From Amphiscolops sp. MND2022 (taxonomy: Eukaryota): DNA of 64,000 nt. This document shows, one piece after another, positions 1 to 13,878 of the stretch. Positions within the stretch are counted from its first letter, which is position 1, and each line of letters starts with the position of its first letter. The stretch lies in the NCBI GenBank assembly GCA_964187785.1, contig OZ076409.1:60576001-60640000 (forward strand), given 5' to 3'. Under the pieces are notes generated by a model. That model had not been told where the DNA came from and ran no database searches. It saw nothing but the letters and a program-made list of their open reading frames with translations. The translations under genes were made by a program, and so were the position numbers.

Positions 1-1478
1 GTAATTGTTTCAGCCAGTTCACGCCTAATAGTGGAGTGATGTCGTTTCTTTTTGTAATTAAGATTGGTAACTTTGTTGTCTTCCCGTTATATTCGATATC
101 GGCCCATATTTTCCGGAGGAGTTTGATTTCATTTTTGTTTACGTCTTGATATCTTTCTTTCAGGGGTTTTATATCTCTTTGGTTGTAGAGTTCTGGGTTG
201 TTTGCATTATTGTAACTGGAGAACCGGTATCAATGGTGAAATTTTGATATTTGCCGTTAATTTTTAGTTTGATCCCGTAGTTGTCGTTTTCATCCGGTAG
301 TACTTTATTGATTTGCGTGATTTGTTGTATTTCTTCTGGTTCGCTTTCTTTTTCTTCGGTGTATGTTTCTTCCAGGTAGTTAATTTTTTGTTTTCTTGTG
401 TTCTTATTGGTTTTGCTACGGCAAACTCTTGCAAAGTGTCCCATTTTGTGGCAATTGTTGCATTCTGCCGTTTTCGCCGGGCATTTGTGCGATGGTGACC
501 AGTTTTGCTGTCCGCAGAAACCGCAATTATTGTTTTTTGCTGTTATTTCGGTATTTTTCCGATGGTTTCGTGGTTGTATCTTCTGTATGGGTTCTTCTTT
601 TATTTCTTTTTCTTTCGCCAGTGCTGGTGGTATTGTTGATTGCTTGTGTCTCTTTTCATAACTGTCTTAGGTTACCAGGTCCATGGTAGTTTTCAGATTC
701 AGGGTTTTTTCGCGGATGAGCTTTTCCCGTAGTTTGTTATCGGTGATGCTGGTGATAAATTTTAATATTAGTAGGTCTTCTTGTTTGATATCTTTGAATT
801 CGCAGTTTTTTCGAGGGATACTAATTTTCGCCAGTGTTCTTCCGGGGTTTCATTAACTTCTTGTTTTGCCCAGAAGAAATCTCCTCGGCTGTGGTAGGTG
901 TTTCGCTTCGGCATGTAGTAGTCCTTGAATAGTTGGATGAGTCTTTTTGTATTGATGGTGTCAGGGTCTGTGTTAAATTCTATTTTGGTGATCGTCTCTA
1001 TTGCCGATGGTCCTGCTCCCCAGATGAAATCTTGTCTTATTTCCGGTTCTTTTGCTGTCCATTCGTTACTTGTTGGCATTGTTTCCCCGGATAGAGCCGG
1101 TTTTATATCGATATCATGGATTTGTTTTATGTAGTGCCGTAGTCGTTCGGTCCATTCTTTGGGGGTTTATAGTTTTTTCCCATCAAGTCCGGTATCCTCG
1201 AGGTATGGTAGCAATATATTACTCTTGGTTGTCGTCATTGGTATTTGGTCGGTTAAAATTGAATTATTTACGGATAAAAGTAAATCTTGCTACTGCGCCA
1301 TGTTGTATTCTCGATCTAGTACGGTAAAAAGGCTCTTTATCTATGACAATAAATTCGTATCTTCTTCAGTAACTAATATATGATATCTATCTCAAGTACA
1401 ATGGTCAATGATCTATCGTACAACACAAAATGCAGTAAACTCAAATTGACAGTAATTAGAGTTCAATGTTTAACAACA
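1..1478 (-). mobile_element. Decayed Ty3/Gypsy LTR retrotransposon, 5' part (LTR, PBS, gag, protease); continues beyond the window start
   Basis: LTR 1301-1478 bounded by TGTTG...CAACA. The minus-strand PBS TGGCGCAGTAGCAAGATT abuts the LTR and resembles tRNA-Ser primers. gag starts at ATG 1238 and has an in-frame stop and frameshifts. CCHC knuckle CNNCHKMGHFARVC and aspartic protease motif FTIDTGSPVTI lie within 169-480. Confidence 0.85.
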
Positions 1479-4400
1479 ATAGTATGCTCTCTGTCTAGGT
1501 TCATAGTTTTGAAGGTCATGATATCTGCATGATATCACAGCCAAATCGACTGTCTTTGGTTTTTTGGTACCCTAGTGAAAGTCGAATTCGCTCCAAACAC
1601 CGGCTTGTTAAATTTTTGGATTTTTTACGGTTGTAAAATTGTCTTTTTGACACAATATTATCATATCACACAAGATTCTCAAACTAATGCTTTAGCTTTT
1701 GACATTTCAGCCCATACTTCAGAATGAGAAAAAAATATTACAAAGCAAGCTAAGTTTTTCCAAAGAATACAAGTACTTTAAAAAAATTTCTTACCAGAAA
1801 TGTTCAGAAGTAGGGAACAATACAAACAAGAAATGCCGTAAAAACCTGTAAACATCAAATACTTTTCTTTGACCACTTTAGGCGATTGTTTCAGTTTTTA
1901 GATGTTTCCAAGAATTAGAACACCCTCAGAGTTCGGAGATAAAAAAGCTAGCTATCCCTTGCGCTTTTAAGCGGAAAAGTGCCTCAAAAAAAGTGGCACG
2001 TAGTGACCTTGAAATACCTGAAAATTTCTTTATAGTTCTATTGTTTGACCAATTGGACGCATTTTAGTATTGTTTATTTGCTTTAAATAGGTCAGAATTT
2101 TCACAAACGTAAACAACAAAAAGCAGCTATCCAGTATTTGCGATATATACGAAGCTTTCCGTTCAAAAATGCACGAGAATGCCTCAGAAAAAAAATGAAT
2201 ATTTCCAATGGTTTTCCATATATTGGGTGGCCTATTTTTTCAAGGAGTTCTAAAACAATCTTTTTTTCCAGAATACTCAAACGAACGAATTTCAATTTTT
2301 ATTTGCAACAAACTGATAAAAAGCAGAAACTTTCGAAAATTGTTAACGCTTGACCATTTCACGAGTTTTGTTTATGGTCTTCGCACGTTTTGTGCATACC
2401 CACAGAGTTGCTAATAAGCTAATTGTATGGGAGAAAATTGAGTCTTTTCTGCAACCAACAACGTAATTAACCCAAAATGCGTCACTGTTTGTAATATTTG
2501 ACTATTTTATGCAGCTTTTGCCCAAATCACAAAGGTTTTTGTTCATATGACTCTCTGCAGAGTCAAACGACCGAAATTTTAGCTACTTTTATAAAGAGCA
2601 CCTCAAACTACGAAATAACAAGTTTTTTAAAGATGCCTGAATTAAACTGAAAACTTCAAATTTTGGAACGTTTCATGCAACGTTTTTTTTACAATTGTTC
2701 GATGTTGCTTTGGATTTAAAAAATTGAGAAATGAACGAGTTGATTCAAAATTTTGCAGATATTCAATCAAAAATGATCTCTAAATTACACAAAAAATAGG
2801 TGAAAATTCCAGTTTTAGGGAATCCTCGTGTTATTGTTCGAGCAGAATGCGGTTTTTGAGGGAAAATTAGATTCAAACCTTTTTCAACTCACAAGTTTTG
2901 ATGAAGTTGTTCTTTGCTATTATACTTAGTCATGAGAGAATGCAAACAGTTATGTTGTCGTACAAAACAGTATTGTTCAAGGAACTCGGTATAACAAACA
3001 GCGCGAGAATACGAAAAACAAGTTTATATAATGAAGTTTCATTAGTGTTACGACTACCTAACGGAGTGTTATTTTGCGTAGTCGTTTTAGTTTTTCATAG
3101 GGATTGATGTGGATGCAATGAATATATTTTCAAGCTTTTCTGACTTCGAGTTTTCATATGGAGTTGAGTCAAGGAGTTTGAAAGAAATTGAAATTCCAAG
3201 AGAAAATTGTTTTAACAACGGTGTAAAACAGTGCAACAAGGATCTTTAATAACTAACTGATCTAATTTACAAAAGCAACATATTTATACTTTCCTAGCAT
3301 CATTTGTTCCTCATCTTAAAATTCCTAGGTATCATAAAAGTCGGGTTTGTTCACACAAAAATCCAGTTGATTCATATTATTTCAATCCGGCGTCTACCAT
3401 TCAGGTATCAAAATTCCTGGTTACGTCAACTCTGCGTCACGATTGTTAAAATCATTTTTTCTTGCTTGAAAAGGCGGTAAAATTAAAGTCTACTTAACAG
3501 TTTCAACGATGAAAGCACAATGGCGTGAACAATTAGTCATTTTTCCAACCAAGAATTATGAAATCAAGACAAAAGTATGACTCGCGAAAATGGCAACGCA
3601 ACTGAAACGGAGCAAATAATTTAAAGAGCGGAAATATTTGAATACAGATGAAAAGGAACGAATGATGCCGGAATGACACGTTCCAGGTATTGGCATTATT
3701 ATTAGCACGAACAAAAAAGGACGTAAACATATGTAAGCTAAACATACAGTCACATGAATACTACAACAACGGAGACCTTTTGGTCAACAAATTCCACACT
3801 TTGGAAAATGCTAATCAGAACGTCGGTTAGTAACATAAACACGTTCTCACTTCAGTCAACATTTTCGATTTCATAGTATAAATGCAGAACACTTAACGAA
3901 AACACTGGTAAGAACGTCATTCAAAAGGAAGTATCCATTCATATGACGTTGCCCTTACGATACATTCTAATCACGGAACATTTGCAATTCATCAATTCCG
4001 GTGAAAAATGTCCTACTAAACAGTGTTTAGGACGTTAATGTGATAGCTACAAATCTTACAATTGCTCCGTAACGTCTCCGTGTGTTTTAGGATTAGCTAT
4101 AGCTGACCAGCAATTAACAGAGACGTTACGTTGGGGCTTTGAAAATCACTCCAATGCTCTAATTAGTGACGTCACAAAATCATTCCAAATAACAACGCAT
4201 TGCTAGCATAGCTGTCTTGATGACGTCACAAAAAGCATTGCAATTAGTTCACAACAGTATATTTAACCGAAGCAATCGCGTTAAAAGCGATTACAGCCGG
4301 GACCTTGCTGTGAGAATTAATAAAACTTTACTGTAGCCTGTTTGGAATCTTTGGTCCAATTTCTTTCAGAGAAGCAGTACCCCTGTCGGGTCGTCGCTTT

Positions 4401-4865
4401 GGAAAAGCGTTTGAAAAAAGTGTTTGGGCAACCACTTTTTTCGGCACTATGACTTTTTCCCAATCAGAAATTTTCCCCGAATTTTTTAAATGTTTCCAGT
4501 TGGGTTAACGACTGTTTTTGAGTCTTATGGGTATCTTTCTGGTTTTTTTATGGCGTAAGATCGATGGAAATTTTCACAATGCTGTGCCTTTGCCTATTCA
4601 AAACTCTTTGCTTTTTGAAACTTGAGGGGAGCGCTGACTTTACCCGTTCCCTGTTTGTTTGGATATTATCTCTGAATTGCAACCGCTGATACCACATATG
4701 CAACCAATTGTTTTTTTGAAGCTGTGGCTTCAAAATGAGTTGTTCAAGGTGAGATGAAATCTGACTGCGCATATTGGATTTTCCTTTGTTTTCTTCGTCC
4801 TAGCTTTAGCTTTCGTCAGAATCTTACTAGTACGACAGAGAGGAAGAGTTTTTGCGCTTCAACAA

Positions 4866-4938
4866 TGTGGAGTTGAGGGAGAATCGAACCTGGTATCGCC
4901 ACATTACAATCATAATGCTCTAACCACCACCATACCAT
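4866..4938 (-). other. tRNA-derived sequence (probable SINE head or tRNA pseudogene)
   Basis: Minus strand reads GGTGGTTAGAGC (A-box/D-arm-like) ... GGTTCGATTCT (B-box/T-loop-like) at tRNA-like spacing; acceptor-stem pairing is poor. Confidence 0.45.
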
Positions 4939-6175
4939 GTTCTTCATAAGTTTACACTTTTGCAGAGTTCCTCATTTAATGTTGTCTCCTAAACAAGTTA
5001 ATCTGAATCATGATACGACTGTTAGAGCTTATTCTACTGATATGATACTCCTTAGGATTGCGAATTGATAAAGTTCTCCTGACGTAACACTTATTGCCTC
5101 TGCTGGAAATGCTGAAAAGCCATCTTTGCATATTTCAAATACAATCTCCCTTTCAAAAAGCCTTTCGACGTTTTTTATTCCAGTTTCAACGATCGTTGGT
5201 TAATGTACGATAGTATCGATAGATTTAAGAAAAATTCTAAAACGTTTTTGATTAGTAAATTTCACAAAAAAGTGCAAACATGCATTGAATTTCACGGTTC
5301 AGTGTTTAATAATTTGGTGGTGTATGTCTTTCACAAGGTAAGATAAGTGGTACAGTTACAAGAACGTCAGCCTAGAACCATTAAATCATCCCGAGTGTTT
5401 CTGTTATGGGGGCAAGTATTTAATGATTGCTTAATTTCGAGTGGACTCAATTGAACGCAGAACCTTTCAAAATTCAATTTTAACCTTGTCTCAAAGGTTT
5501 CAATATTGAATCTCTGATTTGAATGAAGATAGGAGCCAATTTTTTCCTGGATGAATGTTCTCGAATTTGAGTTGTAACTCAACTGGTGACGAGTAAGATC
5601 AAAATAGCCTTTTTGAACTTTCATTTTTATGGCAAAATTGTTGAAAATATCACGTTCTGATAAGTAAAGAGTAATATAAAGTAATTACTCTCAAACTAGC
5701 AGACAAATTCGAGCTTTATATCAACGCCGTGTTTTGAATAAAATATTAAATCTTGAACCATGTTCATCCTATTAAGGTCAACAGCGTGGATTTTTGTGTC
5801 CTCCTTTTGAACAACTTTATCAGAAGAATGGTTCTAAATTAAAACACTGTAATCTTCAGATCAATCGAACTCGGTAAATCAACTCACTCATGAGAGATAT
5901 ATGGGCTGATTTCAACCTCTCACGTGTGCTTTCGGTGGAATTTGAGGTTAAAATTAGTTGAGTTAATTCAGTGATATTCGAATTATGTGAAATCTTCTCA
6001 GCCAAATTTGCTCAGAAGATAAGCTTCTGCTTGTACACTTTTCTGATCACTCCGACCGATCTCACATTTTGACTCTTTGTTTGAATTCGTTCGTTTCTGG
6101 TCCACTTGTATTTAGGTGTGCTTGTTTTCACACGCTCTCAGCATCAACCCTCACTTCATTTCAACCGCCTAAACC

Positions 6176-6207
6176 TATATAAAGAACGTTCTAGAATTTT
6201 CTGGAAT
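6176..6207 (+). promoter_or_regulatory. TATA-like box plus five-unit heat-shock-element-like array just upstream of the SMT start codon
   Basis: TATATAAA at 6176-6183; aGAAc gTTCt aGAAt tTTCt gGAAt at 6183-6207 (five alternating nGAAn/nTTCn units); ATG at 6215. Confidence 0.5.
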
Positions 6208-6214
6208 TATAAAA

Positions 6215-9200
6215 ATGTCTAAACTCAGAGAATTCGGTACCAAAGATCTTCAAGGAGCTGTGGATAACTATGTCACCGAATACGGTAGGAGAAATTGAAT
6301 TCCAACCTTATGAAGTATAAAGCTGGATGTTTCCACGTAGATTGATTAAAGTTGCTTGAACAACCACAACGTTGAAAACTCAAGGGTACAGAGTTTTGTA
6401 GGATTCGAACGAAATGACAAAAAAACAACCAGATAGAGAAACTAAAAATTTTCTGGAGTCTTAGTTCGTTTGCTGACTGCTTATACATCGTATGAGAAAT
6501 AGAAAAAACGTTGCAGGAGCGTTCCAGCAAACTTTTAAAACTTTTAGATAGAGAGAAGCTGGAATTACGCAAAATTGGACACCATTTAATTTACTCAACA
6601 GTTCGGAATACAGAGACCATGACAAGTCTCGAATAGTTTAGAAGATATTGCGGTGTAAAATTTGAGCACCAGACTTTTGGATGACTTCGGAGATTCCGTC
6701 GTCCCTTTAGGGTTAAGATAAATAGGTAAGCTGAAATGCGACAAAGTTTAATATAACGTAATTATCAACGACAAAGTTTCCGACGGCGATATTTCTGGTA
6801 ATCGTTTTACACACGGTAGCTGACGTTTTGAATGCAGAAAGACTGTTGGAAAACGAGAACAAATTTTTGAGATAATGCTAAGCTTTCAGATTTTTTAAAC
6901 CACACTGGTAAAGTAAGAACGCACTTGAGATGTTTATACAAAATTGGAATATATGTTTATTATTTAAAAATCTGAAGAAAAGAGGAGTATTACCAATTAG
7001 CAACAATAAATCAGATTCTTCAGGATATTGCGCACTTGATGCCTTTATAATTGTTAAGAACAACGTGACGACATTTACCACATAGAATATAGACTTCTAG
7101 ATGTCATCAAATTGAAAGAGTAGTCCAACATCAATTTTTCCGTGACAAGCTGATGAGACTTCTAGGCTGTGTCCGTTGACAAGAAATGGTGGAATTATTT
7201 AAATTATGAAATTACTAACTACTAATGACAAATAATTAAATGAGTCATTGATGCCCTTTAAATTGATACAGGCCCTAACAAATTTTTGTTAGAAATTCGT
7301 ACTGGAAAATGGAAATCGATGTGGTTGAATGCAAAGAAATACATAATTTTACAGAATATCTTTGAAATTTTCCGAAAACTCTTTTTTGCATTTAATTATA
7401 TATGTCTCGAAAAAGATTAGCATGATCCAAAAACCGTGGCCAGATGTATTCATTCATCTGTTTATAGAACAAGGAGATTTGGTCGGTAACAAGGAGAAGA
7501 CCGAAGGGTTCGTGAACAAGTATTACGACATTGCGACATCCTTTTACGAGCATGGATGGGGACCCTGTTTCCACTTTGCCACCCAGACCAGGGACGAGAC
7601 ATTCAGGGAGGCTATTAGGAGACATGAGTACTACCTCGCCATGAAACTCTCCCTCAAGAAGGACATGAAGGTGCTGGACGTGGGGTGCGGAATTGGGGGA
7701 CCCGCAGTCAACATCGCCAGATTCAGGTATGCAATAAATAAGTTCAAAAAGTTCAAATGCCATAAAGTTAAAAGGCCAAAGGGTCAAAATTATCGGACAC
7801 AAAATGCACTGAAAACACCCGTGAATGTTTAGTTCAGTCAAATCATTATTCAACAAATTCAGTATGATTCCAAGACAACCGTATTGATTTTATTCACACT
7901 TTACAGGAAATACTTTATAGCGAGCAAAAACGATTATATAGCTCCTGTGAAAAGGTACGCTAATGCTGGAAATGAAATTGCTCCGTGTAACCAGATTTTC
8001 TCTAATTTTGTTTGGAAAATTGAAAATCCGATTTTTTTGGAAAACTTTTGGCCAAAGAAAATAGCAGAAACTCTTTAAATTAGAGAAAAAATGAGGTTTT
8101 TGGGTAAAATATTTTGGATTCACTGATCTTCAGCAATGGTTCCTTACTTCTAGTCAAAACTAGTTTCCTTCGGTGAAATGTAACAAAGTTTGGTTATCGT
8201 AACAAAGTAGACCGAATATGAAGAAAAATACCAAATGCAGTATTTACATCTTCACATCTCCATTTCAGCGAGGCACACGTGAACGGAATAAACATCAACA
8301 AATATCAAATTAAGCGGGGAAACGAAAATGCGGCTGAAAACGCCCTGACAGACAAGGTTAGTCCTTGGGGTAGCCCATCTTATGTTTTCAGCGAAAGATT
8401 ATCACATACTCCAGAACTTTTTGGGCTTATTCAGATTTGCAGGTCAAGTTGAGCTGAAAAATTATCAAAGAAGTCCTTCGAATACTTTGTAGATATTGAA
8501 TCAAAATAATGAATACTTGTCTCGAAAAAAAACGCAAGAAAGTGACTCACAAATTTTTGCATATTTAGTTGATGAAATTTCTAAAAGAATCAAATATTCA
8601 CGATTTTAACGATTAGTAACGGTTGGGCGCGCGGCATTGGACGGATTGTCCTGTAACCAAATTTCTGGGTACGATACTTGATTAAAAGCTGTGTCTACTG
8701 ATTTTACTTTTTGTAGCTCACTTTCACCGAGGGTAGTTTCCTGGAGATGCCTTTCTCGGAGGGGACTTTCAACGCCGCCTACTCCATCGAGGCCACCTGT
8801 CACTCCCCCGACCAACACAAGGTGTACTCAGAGGTGTTCAGGGTGCTCAAACCAGGCTGCCTCTTCGCCATGTATGAGTGGTGTCTCACAGGTGAGTACA
8901 AAAAATACTTTTTTTAAATTGAATTATATAATTACATTGTCAAGTTTATAGGTTAAGAAAATGAAATATTCCGCTTTTTGAATCCTTTGAATTAGAAGTT
9001 TGGGTCCTCTTTCAGCTACACATGTACAAAAAAACATAGAAAAAATAATCGGCATCGAGTAAAAGCCCCCCTCGTTTAGAAACCGCTTCTTGTGAAGGTA
9101 AAAAACAAAAACCGCGGAATTGCATCAGGGAAATGTTTAGCATTAATGACTCTTTGTGAAACTCCCAAAATTATGATAAAAGTGCTTGGCACCCTATGAA

Positions 9201-12200
9201 AACATGTAAACGTTATAAGCAGTTTCAACTAGGGCGCGGTTACTATTCGAATGAAAACGATAATCTTCTTTTAAACTCGCCAAACGCTTCCATTTTTGCG
9301 CCAGACAAGTTTGATTTCGAGAACCCGGAACACATGGAGATCAAGAGACTGATTGAGATCGGAGACGCTCTTCCGGACATCAGAACCGTGAAGAAAACTC
9401 TTGAGGTTGTGAAAGAGGTGGGGTTTGAGATCCTGGAGACTGAGGACAGGGGAGAGACCACGGCCATCAACGATGTACCCTGGTACAGAATCATAGACCA
9501 GGGATTCATCAACATGAAGAACTTCAAAGTAACATCCTTCTTAAAACTAACTTCTAGATAAGCGAGTCTTCTTTTCAGATGTCTTGAATCTAGATTTAAC
9601 AAAGACGTTTTGTTATCTTATGTTATCAACTAAAATCAGGATTTCCTGTTTTATACTTTTTAAATTTTTGTCGCATAAATATTGCATATGGGAAAACAAT
9701 TAATCTCTCAGTCGTCGTCTGTTTTTTTTTCACAAATTTTGCTCTAGCCCTATTTTGTACCTAAAAGGTACAGTGTTGAGACTGCAGGAACTTTTTACAT
9801 GCTGCAGGCCTGCATGCAGGGTAATTGTTTATAAAACCTAGAAAATTCAGGGTAATTCAGGTGGTAAATCTTGTAGAATAACACTGCATTTTCCACTACT
9901 GCAATTAAATTTGAAAATAGATACAACATCATCACCGACACGACCTTATTGTATTTACAGTTTGCTTTCTCAACTAATCATCTGATGTGATCACCGCGTC
10001 TCAAATAGGACGCTAAACATGACGGTATATTGCAGTTTATTAGGTGACTGAAGTAATTTTGCATTAAAATGGCTGTTAAACTGAGAGCAATTTATTTGCT
10101 TTTAAAATTAGAACTGCTTCTTCATGAAACCTGCAAAACTTCAAGGCGTAAAATTGCCGCCAAAACTTTGATGAATCTTTCAAGCAGCTTGATAAAAGTC
10201 GAATACAACAGGTAAATATTTTCTCATTAAAGTTTCCGTAAGAGTTTTAGATAATCATAATAAAAGTTGCTGGCAACATTAAAGTACATGCAAAAAGTTC
10301 AAGAAGTTTCAACAAGGGCTACGAGCCTACGAACATATGCTACGAACATATGCTACGAGCCTTAGAAGTCTGTGGAAGAAACTGCAGTTTCTTCCACAGA
10401 CTTCTAAGGCTCGTAGCATATATTATTTTGAGAACTTCTAAACTTTCAGAAAAATGCCGAATATTTAAAGTAGCCAAAAGAATTCTTTTTGAACAGGTTT
10501 CAAGTTTTCAACTGATTTTTGAACGCTCGTTGCTAAAATTGGGGCAAAAATAATTGCTTCTCCTAAAAAGATTTCACATTTGTTTTGGAAGATTTTAATT
10601 GCCACCTTGAAAAAGAAGCCTTTTAAAATTCATTTTTCTTTCATCTGAAACGAGCCAAAAATTTTCTAAGACGGAATTCAGGAACGACAAAACAGATGAT
10701 TTTTTTCCAATAGAGCCTGCAAAAGCAATGCTCTACTGAAACTCGTTGAAGTATTTAATAGATGTTTGCTTTACAAAAATTGATTTCAAAAAATCACTTT
10801 TAAAGCCCGCTATTATTCAGTTTTATTGGGATTGCTTCAAATCTTGCTTGAACCGGTTGTAACCATTTTTTATAGTATTTTCTTTGTTTCCAGACCTCTG
10901 AGCTAGGAGTGAAGTCGACCCATGTTTTGGTGAACGTCATGGAGACTTTCAGAATGGCCCCCAAAGGTACCGCCAAGTGCCACAAGGTCAGCTATGCAAT
11001 TGAAGGTCAATTTGAGGTCAAATCAAACGCATATATTTCCCTCAAATTTGAATGATTTTCAAATTCCATGTTTAAAAACGCTTGCCTACTCAGGCTATCA
11101 TCATCCATGACTCATCCATAATTCATGATTTCGGTATTTCGAGAATTATTCAAAGACAATTAAGTTGTGTTGTGTCTAGAAATAGGTGTTTACTTTCGAA
11201 GTCTTGATTTTTATCAAAAAAGTGTTTTTTTTTAATATTACAACAATCATTCAGACTTTTCTACTGATTAGTTCACTTTAATGTTGAACCGATGTGTTTT
11301 GGGTACATTTGATAAACTTCAAGAGTTTTGCAGTCAAACAACTTGAATTGTTCAGTTCAGATAAAAGAATTTTACGCCACACTTTCACAAAGTCTCCATT
11401 AGGCCATGAAGTGGTATCTATGAACACCTGTATTAGATGATTGCAAGATAAGGTCAGGTAATTAAAGCTAGGTTCAATATACCCAATCACTTCTGTTCAC
11501 CTGGTCTAGTCTAAGTGACGGCATTATACTTCCAAATACCTGATTTCTGACTGAGCATTTCAAAGTGGATATGAAGGATTTTGCTCAAACGTGCCAGTTT
11601 GTATGTCTTGAGCAATTCTTGCAAAATGTATGACCAGTTCAATGGTATTAAAACATTTTGAAACAGTATTTAGGTATATGCAATATATACTCTATATTAT
11701 AAACACGATTGCGGCACAACAGAATTTCAGAACCGCTCCTGGTTGAAAAAGCTTTTCTTGATGAATTTTCACACTTTTCCTTCAAATCCCTGTTCTCTAT
11801 TTTTTCTGAATAGTTAAAGTTATCTGGGGTGAAACTAGATAACAAAAAAGAGTATTAAAACCTGATTTTCATCCAATAAAGCTTTTAAGTGACACCCATA
11901 TTTTATATACCTTGTGGTATAATGGGAAGTTCATTTCTCAGTAGCTTTTTTGAAAGGTTAATTTGCCGTACTCTAATTTTATACTTCAAAGATAGAAGCT
12001 CTTACGCAGAATAGAATAAAATGAAAACTGATTGTAAATCATAACCTTTTATGGAAAAAGTAAATTTTGTGAAGGATTTGAAACTAATTGTCATGAGTTG
12101 ATTGGTTTTCCCATTAGCACTTATGTTGCTAGAATGATTAAGGGTGGAAAATGACCCAGGGCTTGGTGAGCATCTTGTTTCTCAGCTTACAATACCTGTT

Positions 12201-12372
12201 CAGTAAAATAGAGTTCAAAGACTTTTTCTGAGCGAGTTATCAAACCACCATCCACAAAAAATCTTGTTTGTTTTAGACTCTTCGCTACGCTCTCAAAGGC
12301 TTGAAAGCGGGTGGCCGAGAGGGTATTTTCACACCTGCGATGTTTGTGTTGGCAAGGAAGCCAGAAAACTGA
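6215..12372 (+). CDS. SMT: Sterol C-24 methyltransferase (SMT/ERG6 family), 7 coding exons, 334 aa
   Basis: Exons 6215-6284, 7468-7726, 8269-8356, 8717-8891, 9305-9528, 10894-10986 and 12277-12372 are all GT-AG, phase-compatible and total 1005 nt with no internal stop. Motifs: YYDIATSFYEHGWGPCFHFA, VLDVGCGIGGP (SAM binding), YSIEATCHSP, VLKPG, YEW, IEIGDALP, and C-terminal APKG...GGREGIFTPAMFVLARKP. Confidence 0.93.
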
Positions 12373-12852
12373 CGGAACCCACCAAGTAAATCCAAAACTC
12401 AACCAAACATTCCAAGGACTTTCAATTCAGGCTTCCATTTTGCCACTAAACTGTCCAACCATGTTACCCAAAAACTAAAATACTCAAAATAAATTTTGTA
12501 ATTTCTGACTGCGTTTTCACATTTTCTATCTGCAAGATGATCAAAACAAATGATGAGAAGATATTGAAGAGATAAGTCTAGCAAAAATGTCAGTTGAAAC
12601 ATGAGACAATTGAGAAAAAATATCGTTCAAAAACCAGAGTGAAGTGGCTATGATAAATGTTTCATTTTCCGTCCTCATATTTCATATGTAGCGAAGAAAA
12701 ATTACCATGCCTTTTACCCACAAGACTTGCTATGTTCCTATTTCACAAATTCCACAGACTTGAGCTACCAAAAATATATTGGATTTCAGAAGAGAATAAA
12801 GAAGGCTTATGATTGAAACGAAGATTGACCGCACTAAGCTATTTTGATGGTT

Positions 12853-13878
12853 CCCAGTGTTCGAAGCCATGGAACTTTTGCCATGATCATGGTAAAGCTT
12901 GGTAAATCATGGTTAACCATGGTACCCTTGTCAAGATCATGGCAAATCATGATACATGGAACGCTTGTAAAGATCATAGCAAGATCATGGCAAGATCATG
13001 GCAAGATCTTGACAAGATAACCATGGTAAGACATGTAAGCTGGTATTAATTGTGCATATTCTTTTCGCAAAAATTCCTTGTCGTCTGCAATTTCTGAATT
13101 AGCCATTGTAATAACTTCGGACATAAAATTTATTGATCGAAAATAGTTTTTTAATTGAAAAGTATCCAAAACTTGCTCAATAATTTGCTGCACCTATTGA
13201 TAGAATTTTTTTAGTTGAGAGCACGGCCTTGTTACTAATATCATAAATTATCATACAAAGCAAACTCCGAGTCAAGTTATTGCAACTTGCGGGTTTGCGA
13301 TATCGGTGTGAAAACCAACTTTTCTAGCTATGATTTGTTTACAATTATGCAAATCATGCTATTACCTTATCTATTGAGGTAACGGGTTCTAATTACTGAA
13401 GATCGAGAATGAAATGAAAACTTAAAATGGTCGGAGCAAAAACATTTTCCTTTAATGTCTTGAGTACCCAATACTTGTCTGTTTTTTGGTCCGAATAAAT
13501 TTTTAGATACTAGTTATAGTTTGAAAATAAGAGCTGTGAATTTTCCAAAAGTTTCGCTAAAACTTAAAATGGTCGGAGCAAAAACATTTTTCCTTTAATG
13601 TCTTGAGTACCCAATACTTGTCTGTTTTTTGGTCCGAATAAATTTTTAGATACTAGTTATAGTTTGAAAATAAGAGCTGTGAATTTTCCAAAAGTTTCGC
13701 TAATGGTACCATGGAACCCTTGCCAAGATCATGGTTAATCATGGTTAGCCTTCGCACGATTTTGCATGGCCATGGTAACTTTGCCAAGATCATGGCAAGA
13801 TCATGGCAATATCTTGGCAAGGCTAGCAAGGAACTTGCCATGGGTCTTGGCAAGGGTACCATGGCTTCAAACACTGGA
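12853..13878. mobile_element. MITE/foldback-like non-autonomous DNA element with CATG-rich subterminal repeats
   Basis: Imperfect TIRs CCCAGTGTTCGAAGCCATGG / CCATGGCTTCAAACACTGGA; arms made of GATCATGGCAA-type units; related CATG-rich tracts near 27385-27555 and 59810-59885. Confidence 0.65.
13418..13703 (+). repeat. Near-perfect tandem duplication, 142-bp period, 2 copies
   Basis: AAACTTAAAATGGTCGGAGC...AAGTTTCGCTAA occurs twice; the copies differ by one T in a homopolymer run. Confidence 0.9.

Noticed and set aside
7392..7856. 154-aa minus-strand ORF and similar antisense ORFs over host exons
   Set aside because: Shadows of GC-richer SMT, light-chain and Arf-like exons; no independent motifs.
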